Shown piece after piece: positions 1 through 11,448 of a stretch of DNA of 60,671 nt. The DNA comes from Octopus bimaculoides (Eukaryota). The position numbers were made by a program, and so were the translations under genes. The first letter of the stretch is position 1, and each line of letters opens with the position of its first letter. The stretch is from positions 50,348,253-50,408,923 of the forward strand of contig NC_068993.1 in NCBI RefSeq assembly GCF_001194135.2, in the 5' to 3' direction. The notes beneath the pieces were generated by a model that was given only the letters and a program-made list of their open reading frames with translations, was not told the origin of the DNA and did no database searches.

Positions 1-235
1 CGGGTGGCACATAAAAGACACCATTTCGAGCGTGGCCGTTTTCGTGCGGGTGACACATAAAAGCACCCACTACACTCTCTGAGTGGTTGGCGTTAGGAAG
101 GGCATCCAGCTGTAGAAACTCTGCCAAATTAGATTGGAGCCTGGTGTTGCCATCCGGTTTCACCAGTCCTCAGTCAAATCGTCCAACCCATGCTAGCATG
201 GAAGGCGGACGTTAAACGATGCTGCTGCTGATGAT
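1..235 (+). mobile_element. Family B interspersed repeat (SINE-like, (GAT)n tail), cut by the window edge
   Basis: Shared core ttaggaagggcatccagctgtagaaactctgccaa...gtccaacccatgctagcatggaa...gttaaacgatg recurs at 3782, 16890 and 32221. Confidence 0.88.
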
Positions 236-265
236 ATATATATATATATATTGACCCCAATTATG

Positions 266-427
266 CACGTGGCACTATACCGGTTCATGTTGCAAAGTGG
301 TTAGTATTAGGAAGGGCATCCAACTAGAAACCAAGGGAGCATGATGCTGTCTTTGAACATATTGGACCCTGTTGAACTGTCCAACCCATGCCAGCATGAA
401 ACATGGACATTAAATGTTGATGATTGA
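266..427 (+). mobile_element. Family B repeat, diverged
   Basis: ttaggaagggcatcca...gtccaacccatgccagcatg...ggacattaaatg-tgatgat. Confidence 0.65.
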
Positions 428-435
428 TATATGTA

Positions 436-476
<41 letters not shown>

Positions 477-2117
477 GACTATATCTAAATGTTTCCTTTA
501 CTTTATAACATTATGATGTGATATGAGGGAGTTTAAGCTGGTCTTTCTAGCAGGTCAAGTGATTAGAAAGGCTTCGTTGTTGACTTGATTTTAAGCAGTG
601 ATATCTCATAGAAATGGCCAACCGAATGCAACGGGTCTTGGCGTCGGTTGCCAACTGCATGTACGGAATTTATAATGGCTGTCGGGCTGCAGACAAGACA
701 TAATAGTCTAATTGCCAATTCCAAGTAGATGCCATAGCTGTAGCCAAAATTGAACCTCATTAGAAGTGCTTTCTAAAACTTCTACAATATAATCAGACTT
801 AATTATCTATAAACTCCGACATACTAACCTCTAGAACGTTACCTCACTGTTACCATCCTACTTTTATTGGATACACTGTTCTAGCTATGACAGTACCTTT
901 ACTGGAGATGATATTAAAAAGTATTTATTATATTAATATCAGAACTATTGAAAAACTGGGGATAGGTTATTTTAGATACTAGTGCTACCAATTAATTTTG
1001 TACGTTTAGTAAAAAGAAAGTAGTTGCTTTCAGCTTAACGAAAGAATTACTTAAAATAACCTCACTGGAAAGAATATTGGCTTTTTGTCATTGCTTTATA
1101 TCTATTTCCTCATGAGAATTGACTGATTGGACATCTGTTGGCTTAATTCCATGACTTTGCCAATCTATCATGATCTATCATTGCATTCTACAGTGGTCAT
1201 TGAGAAATTAGAATCTCACAAACCAGTAGTTAAGATTTGTTCTCACTTTGCAGACAGCTGGAATTATTGTGATTTCTCCATGTTGGTGTTATAGTTGAAG
1301 CTTATTCCAACACTAAACAACAGCTGTGTGTTGGTAACCAAAGAATTTCTTTCAATGAATATTAAAAAAAAAAATTTTTTTTAAATGAAACGATTTCTTT
1401 CCTTTTTTTTTTTTTTTTTTTTTTTTTTTTGAATTTCATGATTCAAAATGATCGGAGACTACTTTTACTTAATTGGTTCTTGGATTTACTTAAAAAGAAA
1501 GTGAAAAAGATATTTATATGTACAGATATATTGCATATGCGTTGTTTCTCATACACAATAGATGAAAGCACTCAATGCCAATATAGCAGAGTTTATTGTA
1601 GTATAATATAATACAATCTCTAGGATACATTATGAATCATTTTGTGGTATTATTTCCTATTTACATAATTCACACCCGAAAATTAAAATACGTTAGCATG
1701 ACATAAAATCATGAAATGATTCATGGTGAATCTCAGAGCGATTGTATTTATGTTATACTATATACAAATATATAGGCATTAAATTATTTATTGTTAATTC
1801 CTTTTATGTGACCAGAAATGCTGGATATCAAACTTATTGTTTCTGTAACTGGGTTTATTTTAGGTTTTGTGCATAGTGTTATTGTTAACCCAATAACTTA
1901 CCTACCTACCTACCTAATTTCTCAGCAACAACAAAGAACTGGATATGATGGAGTTGATGTTAAATTCTTACCTTAAATTAGTCAAATGATGTAAATGTTT
2001 CTGGCTGTTTGTCTACTCACTTTATTACATTGATTAAATAATTTGTCTGTGTATAAAAACAAGGGTTCTCCCAAAAGATAGGGTCAAATGATTTTTAAAA
2101 AAAATAAATTTCAATAG

Positions 2118-2265
2118 TGGATGGCAGAATTAGTATAGTAGTGAACCAAATACTTTGTGATATTAGTTTGTCCTTTTGCCTTTTGAGTTCAAATCCTGTA
2201 CAAGTCAGCTTTGCCTTTCATTTCTCCAAGGTCGATAAAATAAGTGGGAATCAGTGTAACTGGGA
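2118..2265 (+). mobile_element. Family E SINE, diverged
   Basis: gatggcagaatt...gagttcaaatcc...agctttgcctttcat...ggtcgataaaataag. Confidence 0.6.
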
Positions 2266-2492
2266 TATTCTTGAAAATGATACCCCAGTAAAACCACAGA
2301 CCAATAACTGAAACAGCAGTAAAGGAGTAAGTTAGTCCCAGATTATACCTGTATAAATTTATCCGGCCAGCAGTGTAGTGTATCTTTTTTTTTATGTATA
2401 TTCATTAAAAGAAATTGTTTGGTTTCCAGTACAGTGATATACTATGGCTAAAGTACTTTAACCTTCGTACTTCTAAGTACTTTAACTGTAGT

Positions 2493-2869
2493 TGGCACTC
2501 CGTCGCTTACGACGATGAGGGTTCCAGTTGTTCCGATCAACGGAACAGCCTGCTCGTGAAATTAACGTGCAAGTGGCTGAGCACTCCACAGACACGTGTA
2601 CCCTTAACGTAGTTCTTAGGGATATCCAGCGTGACACAGTGTGACAAGGCTGACCCTTTGAATTACAGGCACAACAGGAACAGGAAGTAAGAGTGAGAGA
2701 AAGTTGTGGTGAAAGAGTACAGCAGGGTTCGCCACCATCCCCTGCCGGAGCCTCATGGAGCTTTAGGTGTTTTCGCTCAATAAACACTCACAACGCCCGG
2801 TCTGGGAATCGAAACCGCGATCCTATTGCCGCAAGTTCGCTGCCCTAACCATTGGGCCATTGTGCCTCC
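2493..2869 (-). mobile_element. Full-length tRNA-derived SINE (family C) with 14-bp target site duplication
   Basis: The minus strand starts GGAGGCACAATGGCCCAATGGTTAGGG (A box) and then GGTTTCGATTCCC (B box). Identical actttaactgtagt lies at 2479-2492 and 2870-2883. Confidence 0.9.
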
Positions 2870-3781
2870 ACTTTAACTGTAGTATATCACTGTTAAATTG
2901 AATGTGTGAAGGCCAGATTGCAAATCAAATACAGATTATTATTGCTTTTAACTCCAGTATCTCGTGATTCTGACTTTCATACATGATTCAAAGTGGAAGT
3001 CAGAACAATATTTTGGGTTGAATCAGTAAACTAATTTCCCTTCTTCCTTTATGCAAAAAAAGGATCCTGTTACTAAGAAATAAAAAAATTTTTTTAAAAA
3101 TGACTTTTTTTTTTAATATTTAAGCACAGAACCTCGGATTTACACTTGAGGGGAAATGAGATTAAGTTACATTAAGGNNNNNNNNNNNNNNNNNNNNNNN
3201 NNNNNNNNNNNNNNNNNNNNNNNNNNNNNNNNNNNNNNNNNNNNNNNNNNNNNNNNNNNNNNNNNNNNNNNNNNNNNNNNNNNNNNNNNNNNNNNNNNNN
3301 NNNNNNNNNNNNNNNNNNNNNNNNNNNNNNNNNNNNNNNNNNNNNNNNNNNNNNNNNNNNNNNNNNNNNNNNNNNNNNNNNNNNNNNNNNNNNNNNNNNN
3401 NNNNNNNNNNNNNNNNNNNNNNNNNNNNNNNNNNNNNNNNNNNNNNNNNNNNNNNNNNNNNNNNNNNNNNNNNNNNNNNNNNNNNNNNNNNNNNNNNNNN
3501 NNNNNNNNNNNNNNNNNNNNNNNNNNNNNNNNNNNNNNNNNNNNNNNNNNNNNNNNNNNNNNNNNNNNNNNNNNNNNNNNNNNNNNNNNNNNNNNNNNNN
3601 NNNNNNNNNNNNNNNNNNNNNNNNNNNNNNNNNNNNNNNNNNNNNNNNNNNNNNNNNNNNNNNNNNNNNNNNNNNNNNNNNNNNNNNNNNNNNNNNNNNN
3701 NNNNNNNNNNNNNNNNNNNNNNNNNNNNNNNNNNNNNNNNNNNNNNNNNNNNNNNNNNNNNNNNNNNNNNNNNNNNNNNNN

Positions 3782-3993
3782 GCCAGTACTGCCTGACTGG
3801 CCTTCGTGCCTGTGGCACATAAAAGCACCCACTACACTCTTGGAGTGGTTGGCATTAGGAAGGGCATCCAGCTGTAGAAACTCAGCCAAATCAGATTGGA
3901 GCCTGGTGTAGCCATCTGGTTCACCAGTCCTCAGTCAAATCATTCCACCCATGCTAGCATGGAAAGCGGACGTTAAACGATGATGATGATGAT
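3782..3993 (+). mobile_element. Family B repeat (5' part in the gap)
   Basis: Highly similar to 32300-32510 and ends in (GAT)n. Confidence 0.88.
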
Positions 3994-5691
3994 AACATAA
4001 TCCTAGATACCCAGCCTGTAATAATAACAGGATAAGCATGGTTGGAATGCATTTGATCATAGATATTACTAATTTAGAACTCACCTCAGTCTAAGTAAAT
4101 AACAGTTAAAGATGTATTCTTGAAACAAAGGAAATGATTGTGGCCCTTGGCCAAACTTTCAGATTGATAAAATTCTTCCTTAATTTCATGTCCTGAGTGT
4201 TGAGTGTAAAAAAATTATATGATAGCTAAATATTGGAATAAATTTCCTAGAAAATTAAGCTATTTCTAAATTTGATGCAAGTCCTGAATTTGAAAACCTC
4301 CACTCGTTTTGAAAACTGTCAATCAAATTATCTTTGACTGTACCTGTCTCGAATGTAAACAAAGATTTCTTTTTGAAGAACAGTTTTCAATTAATTTCTG
4401 TTGAAAACAAAAGCCAGCATAATTTCAAACCAGACTGCTTGGTTTTATTTTCCTTACCACACAGGTAACTTTCTCATAATTCCTCATTTGTTATTTTAGT
4501 TACCATGTCATTAACTTGTTTTGGTTGCACTAATAACAGAGTACTTGAATGATGTGATTGTGTTTGTATTGAATGCAGTTACATTTTAGTGTTGTCTTAA
4601 CAGAACAATATAAAGTAATTGTTCTTAAACTGTGAGGTTACTTTGAAAATGGTTTTGAATCTACATTAATAACAATTTTTATTGTCTTAAATTTTATTTC
4701 ACTTGTTTTACTTAAAAAGTCTACTTTATTTAAATTTATCAAGAAACTGGTATGTTATGTTCTACAAGTATATTAATTTTATAACAATGGCTTCATTGAG
4801 AGAGAATGGAAAGTGGAGAAAGACAAAGAAACTACTGTAGTTTGTTGTATGTTTTAGTTTCCATAGAAATAGACAATATATTCTTCCTTCTTTGTTCATT
4901 TTTTCCCTCTCTCCTCCTCTCATATGTACTCATTGAACTTCATTTTTAAAAGTCTTTTTTTTAGTAGTCTTGACTTCTTTTTGATAGCTTGGTGTAAATT
5001 TTAAGAGAAATAAACTCTAGGTTTCCAATTTTACATTTGAACTTTAAATCAATATGTTTTTTATCAATGTTATCATTTAGCTCTAGATCAGCTCCATAAT
5101 CAATGCCCACAACTATTTCATTTTTTAAATGCCGAATAAAACCTTGTTTGATGTGTCCTTTCTTTTTTTAAGACAGTATAAGGGAACGTGAAGCAATTTG
5201 GCTGTTATTTCTAGCAGGTCACAATACATTTGCTTAATATGATGGTTGTAATCAGTTCCTGATTTCAATTTACAATCATGGTACCTGTTTTCAACCATTT
5301 CATTTTACTTCAACGATTTTCCATGAATTTATGGAATTTTACAACTTTTTTTACTTCTTGCAAAGTATCATAGACCTCCTACCCACAATATTAGCCATAG
5401 TCAATAGCTTGAAGAAGAATAAAGTCTGCTACACCTGAAGTTCCTAATCTATAGGTCAGAATATAATTTAGAAAGTGCTATGAATATTACATATTTCACT
5501 TTTGAATTATTTGATAAAAAGTAAAATATCCCTGAGTATATTATACAATAAGCCCTAGGAACAAGGGGAAAATGGGTCTGAGGGGAATCTTGATTTTGGT
5601 AGAGATATAAATAGTAAAAGTTTGGTAAGTGATGTACTATGATAACTTGGTTTGCTTCCTTCTTTCACACTACCCCACACTGTGCTACATC

Positions 5692-6145
<454 letters not shown>

Positions 6146-6149
6146 GTGC

Positions 6150-6345
6150 CACTCTGGACTACATCATACCACTCTACTCTATACCATACCACTCTATACT
6201 ACATCAAACTACTCTACACTTCATTGCACCACTCTGTAATCTGCATCACACTGCTCTGCATTTTACTCCACTCTGCACTAACTTGACTCTCTTCTTTCTT
6301 ACTTCCCCATATTATACTAGATCGCACTAAACTACTCCACACTGA
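6150..6345 (+). repeat. Cryptic 5-bp periodic repeat (ACTCT/ACTAC/ACCAC)
   Basis: Recurring actct, actac, accac and atcat units visible by eye. Confidence 0.6.
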
Positions 6346-6359
6346 CTTCATTTACTTCT

Positions 6360-6709
6360 CTCGTGTTAAGTCTCATGGAGGTGATGACAAGTGACCGAGA
6401 CTCCTGGCAATATGCTGTGCTTGAGAAGACATGTCAAGCTAAGTTAAATCTCAGTCATGGCCGGTGCTAGAGACATGTAAAAGACACCTATGCTGGTGAC
6501 ACATAAAAAAGGCATCCATGACAGGGACATTTAAAAGACAGCCAGTTACACTCAGTGGAGTGGTTGACGTTAAGAAGGGTATCTGGCCATAGAAACCAAG
6601 CCAAAATAAACTAAAAACCTAGTACAGCTCCCTGGCTTAACAGCTCCAGTCAACCCAGCTTACCCCTACCACCATGGAAAACTGACACTAAATGATGACG
6701 ATGATGATG
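6360..6709 (+). mobile_element. Family B-related repeat, old and longer
   Basis: gagtggttgacgttaagaagggtatctggcc...catggaaaactgacactaaatgatgacgatgatg. Confidence 0.6.
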
Positions 6710-6754
6710 CTACACCAAATGCTAAACTAACTTTGCTTGTTTCTTTCACTGTAG

Positions 6755-6768
6755 AAGAAAAGGCAAAG
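6755..6768 (+). other. Candidate microexon (14 nt, AAGAAAAGGCAAAG)
   Basis: actaac branch-like motif, then tttgcttgtttctttcactgTAG acceptor, and AAG|GTAAGC donor. Confidence 0.4.
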
Positions 6769-7734
6769 GTAAGCCTTCGGTGATGTCCCGACAATCTAAT
6801 AAAGACATGTTGTTTCTTTTTTTTTTTATTTTCTTCTTATAACTTGCTCATTGTATTCACTGCTCTATTCTTAGTAGTCTTTGAGCAGCATCGATTGTGA
6901 AATGACACTTGAAGCATTTCTAATGCTAATTTCACCAAACTGCTCCAAGATTTCAATATGTATGCATTACTTGGTATTAATCAATTGTCTGGGCATGTGT
7001 GCAACACTGAAGCTGTGGGATAATTGCAGAAAGCGTTGTTAATATGGCAATCTGACACGGCCTGATCTAATTGACCCATTTATATTACTTTCACACACAA
7101 GCAATCTCCTAAAACTTCAGCTGAAAGCAAAGTCTTGAATGAATTCCTTACATTCACATTATTTATCAGCTTGACTCATTGGAATTGTTTCAGTGTGATA
7201 TTGGATGTGTATGGGATTAGAAACTGTATTGAATTTGTTGCTCAACGCCATCAACTGTCTGGCATTGCACATTATAAAACAGGAAGCAACAAAACTAAAG
7301 CGTTATCGAAAGCAATAACGTAGTTTTGATGATGATTGTAGTAGTGGTAGTGGAGGTGGTGGTGGTGGTGGTAGTAGTACTTAATCAGTCTATTAAGAGT
7401 CAAGCAGTTATGCAAATAAGGAGTAAATAGTGATGATGATGATGGTGGTGGTAGTGGTGGTAATACAGTTGGTGAGTGAGGATGTTGATGGTCAAGGTGG
7501 TGGTGGTGGTGGTTGTGGTAATGTGTCCATTCACAAAGAGAAAGTGGTTTTAGAACTACTATGGGTGTTGAATGAAGTTTCAGTTATGACTTTCATCCAC
7601 AGTGGAGATTAGTGTGGCTTTCTAGATTATTAATCTCACTTGTGTGCATCTTTGTGCAAGTGTGTTTTCTACCTGTGTTATTTCACAACTGGTCAGTATT
7701 CCAATTCTTATCAGGGACTACACTTCTGCATGTA

Positions 7735-7792
<58 letters not shown>

Positions 7793-7854
7793 TGCACACA
7801 CACATATATATCACCATCATCTTCCAAGTATCTTCCATACTTAGCCTGCATTGG

Positions 7855-7955
7855 ACAGATTGACAGGATCTGACAGATTTGAGGACTGCATCATGCTCTA
7901 GCATCTGTTTTGCTATGGACAAGTTTCTATGCTGGATGCCCTTCTTAATGCTAAA
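7855..7955 (-). mobile_element. Family B fragment, diverged
   Basis: gtttctatgctggatgcccttcttaatgcta is the reverse of the family B core. Confidence 0.55.
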
Positions 7956-8126
7956 ATTAATATATGCATGCATGTGCATATATATATATATATATATATC
8001 TTTCCTTTTCTGAGCGTCCAATAATACTATCCATATCACGTCCTCACTTTGTTGTTTTTTTGTTTTTTTGTTATTGTTTTTTTAAACTATATATATATAT
8101 ATATATAGATAGATAGATAGATAGAT

Positions 8127-8173
<47 letters not shown>

Positions 8174-8999
8174 TCTGTGTGTGTATCTTTGTTTGTTTTT
8201 ATATGCTGTTATATACAGAAACAGTCAAACATTAAATTGAAAGATCATTCAATACCCTTCAGTGGAGTTTCATACTATCGTATTTTTATTTATTTATTTA
8301 TTTATTTTAGAAGGTAGAGGTTGACAGTTACTTCAAAGCTTCAGCACAATATCTTTCAACAGACTGCCTGACAAAGGCCAGCTCTGCAGAACACTGATGT
8401 AAAAAAGTCAACCTTTTCTCTGTAGAAAAAAATAAAATGTGCATGGGTGGGTGCTGGTATGTTCTTATGCAAGGTTTCACACCTTTCTTTTTCTGCTCTG
8501 CAACAGTGGAAGACAGCTATGAAATCTATGAAGAATGGCAATCATGCGTACAAAGCATAAATGACCATCCTTCTTTTATAGTTTTCTCTATAAAAACAAA
8601 AGCTTCGCACTTTCGAATACTACAGTTAGTATTGCTTTGGTTGCTTTGTGCGCCCCTAGTCAGCTTGGATTGAACAAATAAACTACAACCAAAATTATTC
8701 CAGTCATGCTATCTTTTTCTAAGAAAAACAGCAAGGCATGCTTTGTGGGAGATCTGGCTGCTTATTCTAGCAGTTTCAAGTGACCAACCACACAGAAGCG
8801 GACTCCGTTGTTGCAAGGTGGCATTGTTATTGCAGGCTCCCTTGAGAGTTCTTTTTTAGCTGTCGGTTGATTCCTTCCTAATAGAGTGTGCTGGACATTA
8901 AGGATCAAAGATTCTTTCACTGCACTGAATGATGGGATTCTACCGAAATCATTAAGGGTGGTGGGTGGTGGTAGAATATATATTTCTTTTTCTTTTCCC

Positions 9000-9365
9000 T
9001 CATTTGTTTGTTTTTTATTTTCATACTTCTTTTTATAGATGCCTTCTCTTTGATTTTTTTTTTGCACATTTTTTTTATTTTATATTATTCCCATCTCCTC
9101 TCCACCACCACCAAACTTCCAGTAGCCCCAACTATTGTTTTCCATTTTTTTTTTATCCCATTTACTGCTGCTACCATACTATACTTCTTTTTTCTCTTTC
9201 TCTTCCTCTCTTCCCTTTTCATCTTCTGTTCCTCTCTATTCTCATATTCTTACTTATTTTCCTTTTCCTTTTGTCATTACCTTACATCTATCTCTCTGGC
9301 ACACCATTCTTTCTTTCATTAAACTACTTCTACAGTTTTGGCTGTCTTCCTCTTGGTCTTCACCC

Positions 9366-9449
<84 letters not shown>

Positions 9450-9480
9450 CTCTATCTATCTATCTATCTATCTACCTCTC
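9000..9480 (+). repeat. Pyrimidine-rich low-complexity tract ending in (CT)n and (CTAT)n
   Basis: Directly visible; the source of the spurious F/L/S-rich ORFs. Confidence 0.9.
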
Positions 9481-10208
9481 TCCCCAGTGAATATTTCAAC
9501 AAGCCTTCACTTTTCTTGCAAAATACCATATCTAAAACCATAGATAAATAGATAAATAACTCACCCCACCTGTCTGTCATCCAACCCATCTTCTCTTTTA
9601 CCTGGTGGATGAGAAGAAGAGAAGACAAGCAGATTGACAGAGAGGGGAGAGATAGAGAGAAGGGAGAGAGAGAGAGAGTATTGAACTGCAATCAATAAAA
9701 CCGTATCAATATATTTGAAGATTCAAATCAAAAGACATCAGTAGACAGGTGCAATATTGTATACATTTACATATACATGCATGTGCACGTGTATGTACAT
9801 GCATGCAGTTCTATGCTTTGGGAGAACAACTACAAAATGAAAAGTAAAAAAAAAAAAACAAAAAAAAAACTTACTGAAATGAAAACTACATATCTTTATA
9901 TCTTTAACCTTGTTGTTGTTGATGTAGTTGTTGTTGTTGTTGTTATGGTTGTTGTAGTCTCTCACTAATGGATATTGTCATTGGTTAAGTGCATTTGGTA
10001 GACATTTTCAAGAAAAGAGATGCTATCATTCCTGTGTTGCAGTTTTCAATAAATTTTCAGAAATCAATACTAGAACGGTCATATATATCCTTCTATATAT
10101 TCATCTATCTATCAGTCTGTCTAGTTATCCATTCATCCATCCAACCATATATATATATATATATAGATAGATCTAGCCATCCATTCATTTATCTCTCCCT
10201 CCCTCAAT

Positions 10209-10258
<50 letters not shown>

Positions 10259-10969
10259 GCTACTGTTGTTGTTATTGCAACTACTTGTGGCTTTCACTAG
10301 TCATATGTTTTTTATGGTTGGATTACACAGGGAATTAAGAATAAAATACTTTTGTAGTATTCCTTGTTAACTAGTTTCTAGTGAAATCACACACACATGC
10401 ACACGCACTCACACACACACACACACACAAGAAAGAAAAATAGAAAGAAAGACGAATAAAAACTTCATAGTTTTCAGCTTCTGAACCGGAATTTCGTCTA
10501 TTGGTTTTTATCATTTCCAAAAGTCAACCAAAATGTGTAGATGATTCTTGTCTTTATATACATCATGTTCTCATACCTTTGTTGGATCTCACTGACATTA
10601 AATGGTTCTTCATGTAAGTCTGTAAATGCTCTTTGGTTTTTAACTCCAAGACGTTTCTCCATCTGGTTCCACTGTAAGTTTCACCATTATTTACATGCTC
10701 TATGATTAACTTACAACCACATGCATTTTACACAGTTTTCCACTTTCTTTCTTTCTTTTTTCTTCCTTTCTTCCTTTCTTTCTTTCTTCCTTTCAGTCTC
10801 TTCCCACACCTCCCCATCTTTCTTTTTATTTAATGTTTCTCCTTAATTTTCAAGCCAGCCAGTGTAGCTACATTTAATAAGAAGCTTCTGAGTTCACAAG
10901 TTCGATTCTGGTGAAATGTTGGATAGTTTTATTTGATTTCTTAATTCCTTGTATATAGTAGTGGTGATA

Positions 10970-11108
10970 GTGGAGGCGCAATGGCCCAGTGGTTAGGGTA
11001 GCGGACTCGCGGTCATAGGATCGCGGTTTCGATTCCCAGACCGGGCGTTGTGAGTGCTTATTGAGCGAAAACACCTAAAGCTCCACGAGTCTCCGGTGGC
11101 GAACCCTG
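10970..11108 (+). mobile_element. 3'-truncated family C SINE
   Basis: gtggaggcgcaatggcccagtggttagggtagcgg...ggtttcgattccc matches the 2493-2869 copy. It has a 10-bp internal deletion and stops at gaaccctg, where the antisense PLE fragment begins. Confidence 0.88.
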
Positions 11109-11109
11109 T

Positions 11110-11448
11110 ATGTGTATCTGTATTATTATTACATTTCACAACAAGGTTAATGTCGTCAACGTATCGGGAGTACATAGCTAAGTGGATGTTACGGGTCGCT
11201 AAGCACTGTTTAAAATTTCTGTCCCACCATACCATGAAGAGGTTAGCAACATCACCAGCGATCCCTACTCCAGTAGCACCGCCTTTCTCCTGTTTATACA
11301 GTTTATTGTTGAACTTAAAAATATGATTTTTAAGAGTGGTTCTAAGGCTGACACCAATATCGTGTGCAATAGTAGTTCTGATGTCGTGTGCATCTGAAGG
11401 TGGGTGGTTTGGTTTCGTCCAGCCATGCCAGCGTTCACAGTGGGTCTT
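11110..11448 (-). mobile_element. Penelope-like retroelement (PLE) reverse transcriptase fragment
   Basis: Manual minus-strand translation is open for 113 codons: KTHCERWHGWTKPNHPPSDAHDIRTTIAHDIGVSLRTTLKNHIFKFNNKLYKQEKGGATGVGIAGDVANLFMVWWDRNFKQCLATRNIHLAMYSRYVDDINLVVKCNNNTDTH. It contains the PLE-type N-x-F-x-F-x3-Y-x-Q-x2-G-x3-G-x6-ANLFM motif and catalytic RYVDD (YVDD at 11152-11163). Bounded by a (TA)n and gap on one side and a SINE on the other. The ORF track shows only the part from Met 11235. Confidence 0.88.

Noticed and set aside
614-650. MANRMQRVLASV resembling the LINE RT motif LANRL..VL
   Set aside because: There is an in-frame stop just upstream and no further RT motifs downstream.
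8506-8624. + strand exon candidate (VEDSYEIYEEWQSCVQ...)
   Set aside because: The acceptor is good but the donor is weak, the length is not 3n and no homology is recognised.
8965-9551. 192-aa and 138-aa hydrophobic ORFs resembling membrane proteins
   Set aside because: They derive from a T/C-rich low-complexity tract; there is no real domain.
9594-9640. Minus-strand polyY-CAG|GTAAAG junction
   Set aside because: It arises from a GA-rich tract. Kept as a control showing that AG|GT motifs can occur by chance, which tempers the + strand hypothesis.
10970-11045. tRNA gene interpretation of A/B-box sequences (also 2800-2869 and 30030-30098)
   Set aside because: They continue into SINE bodies and lack a complete cloverleaf acceptor stem.
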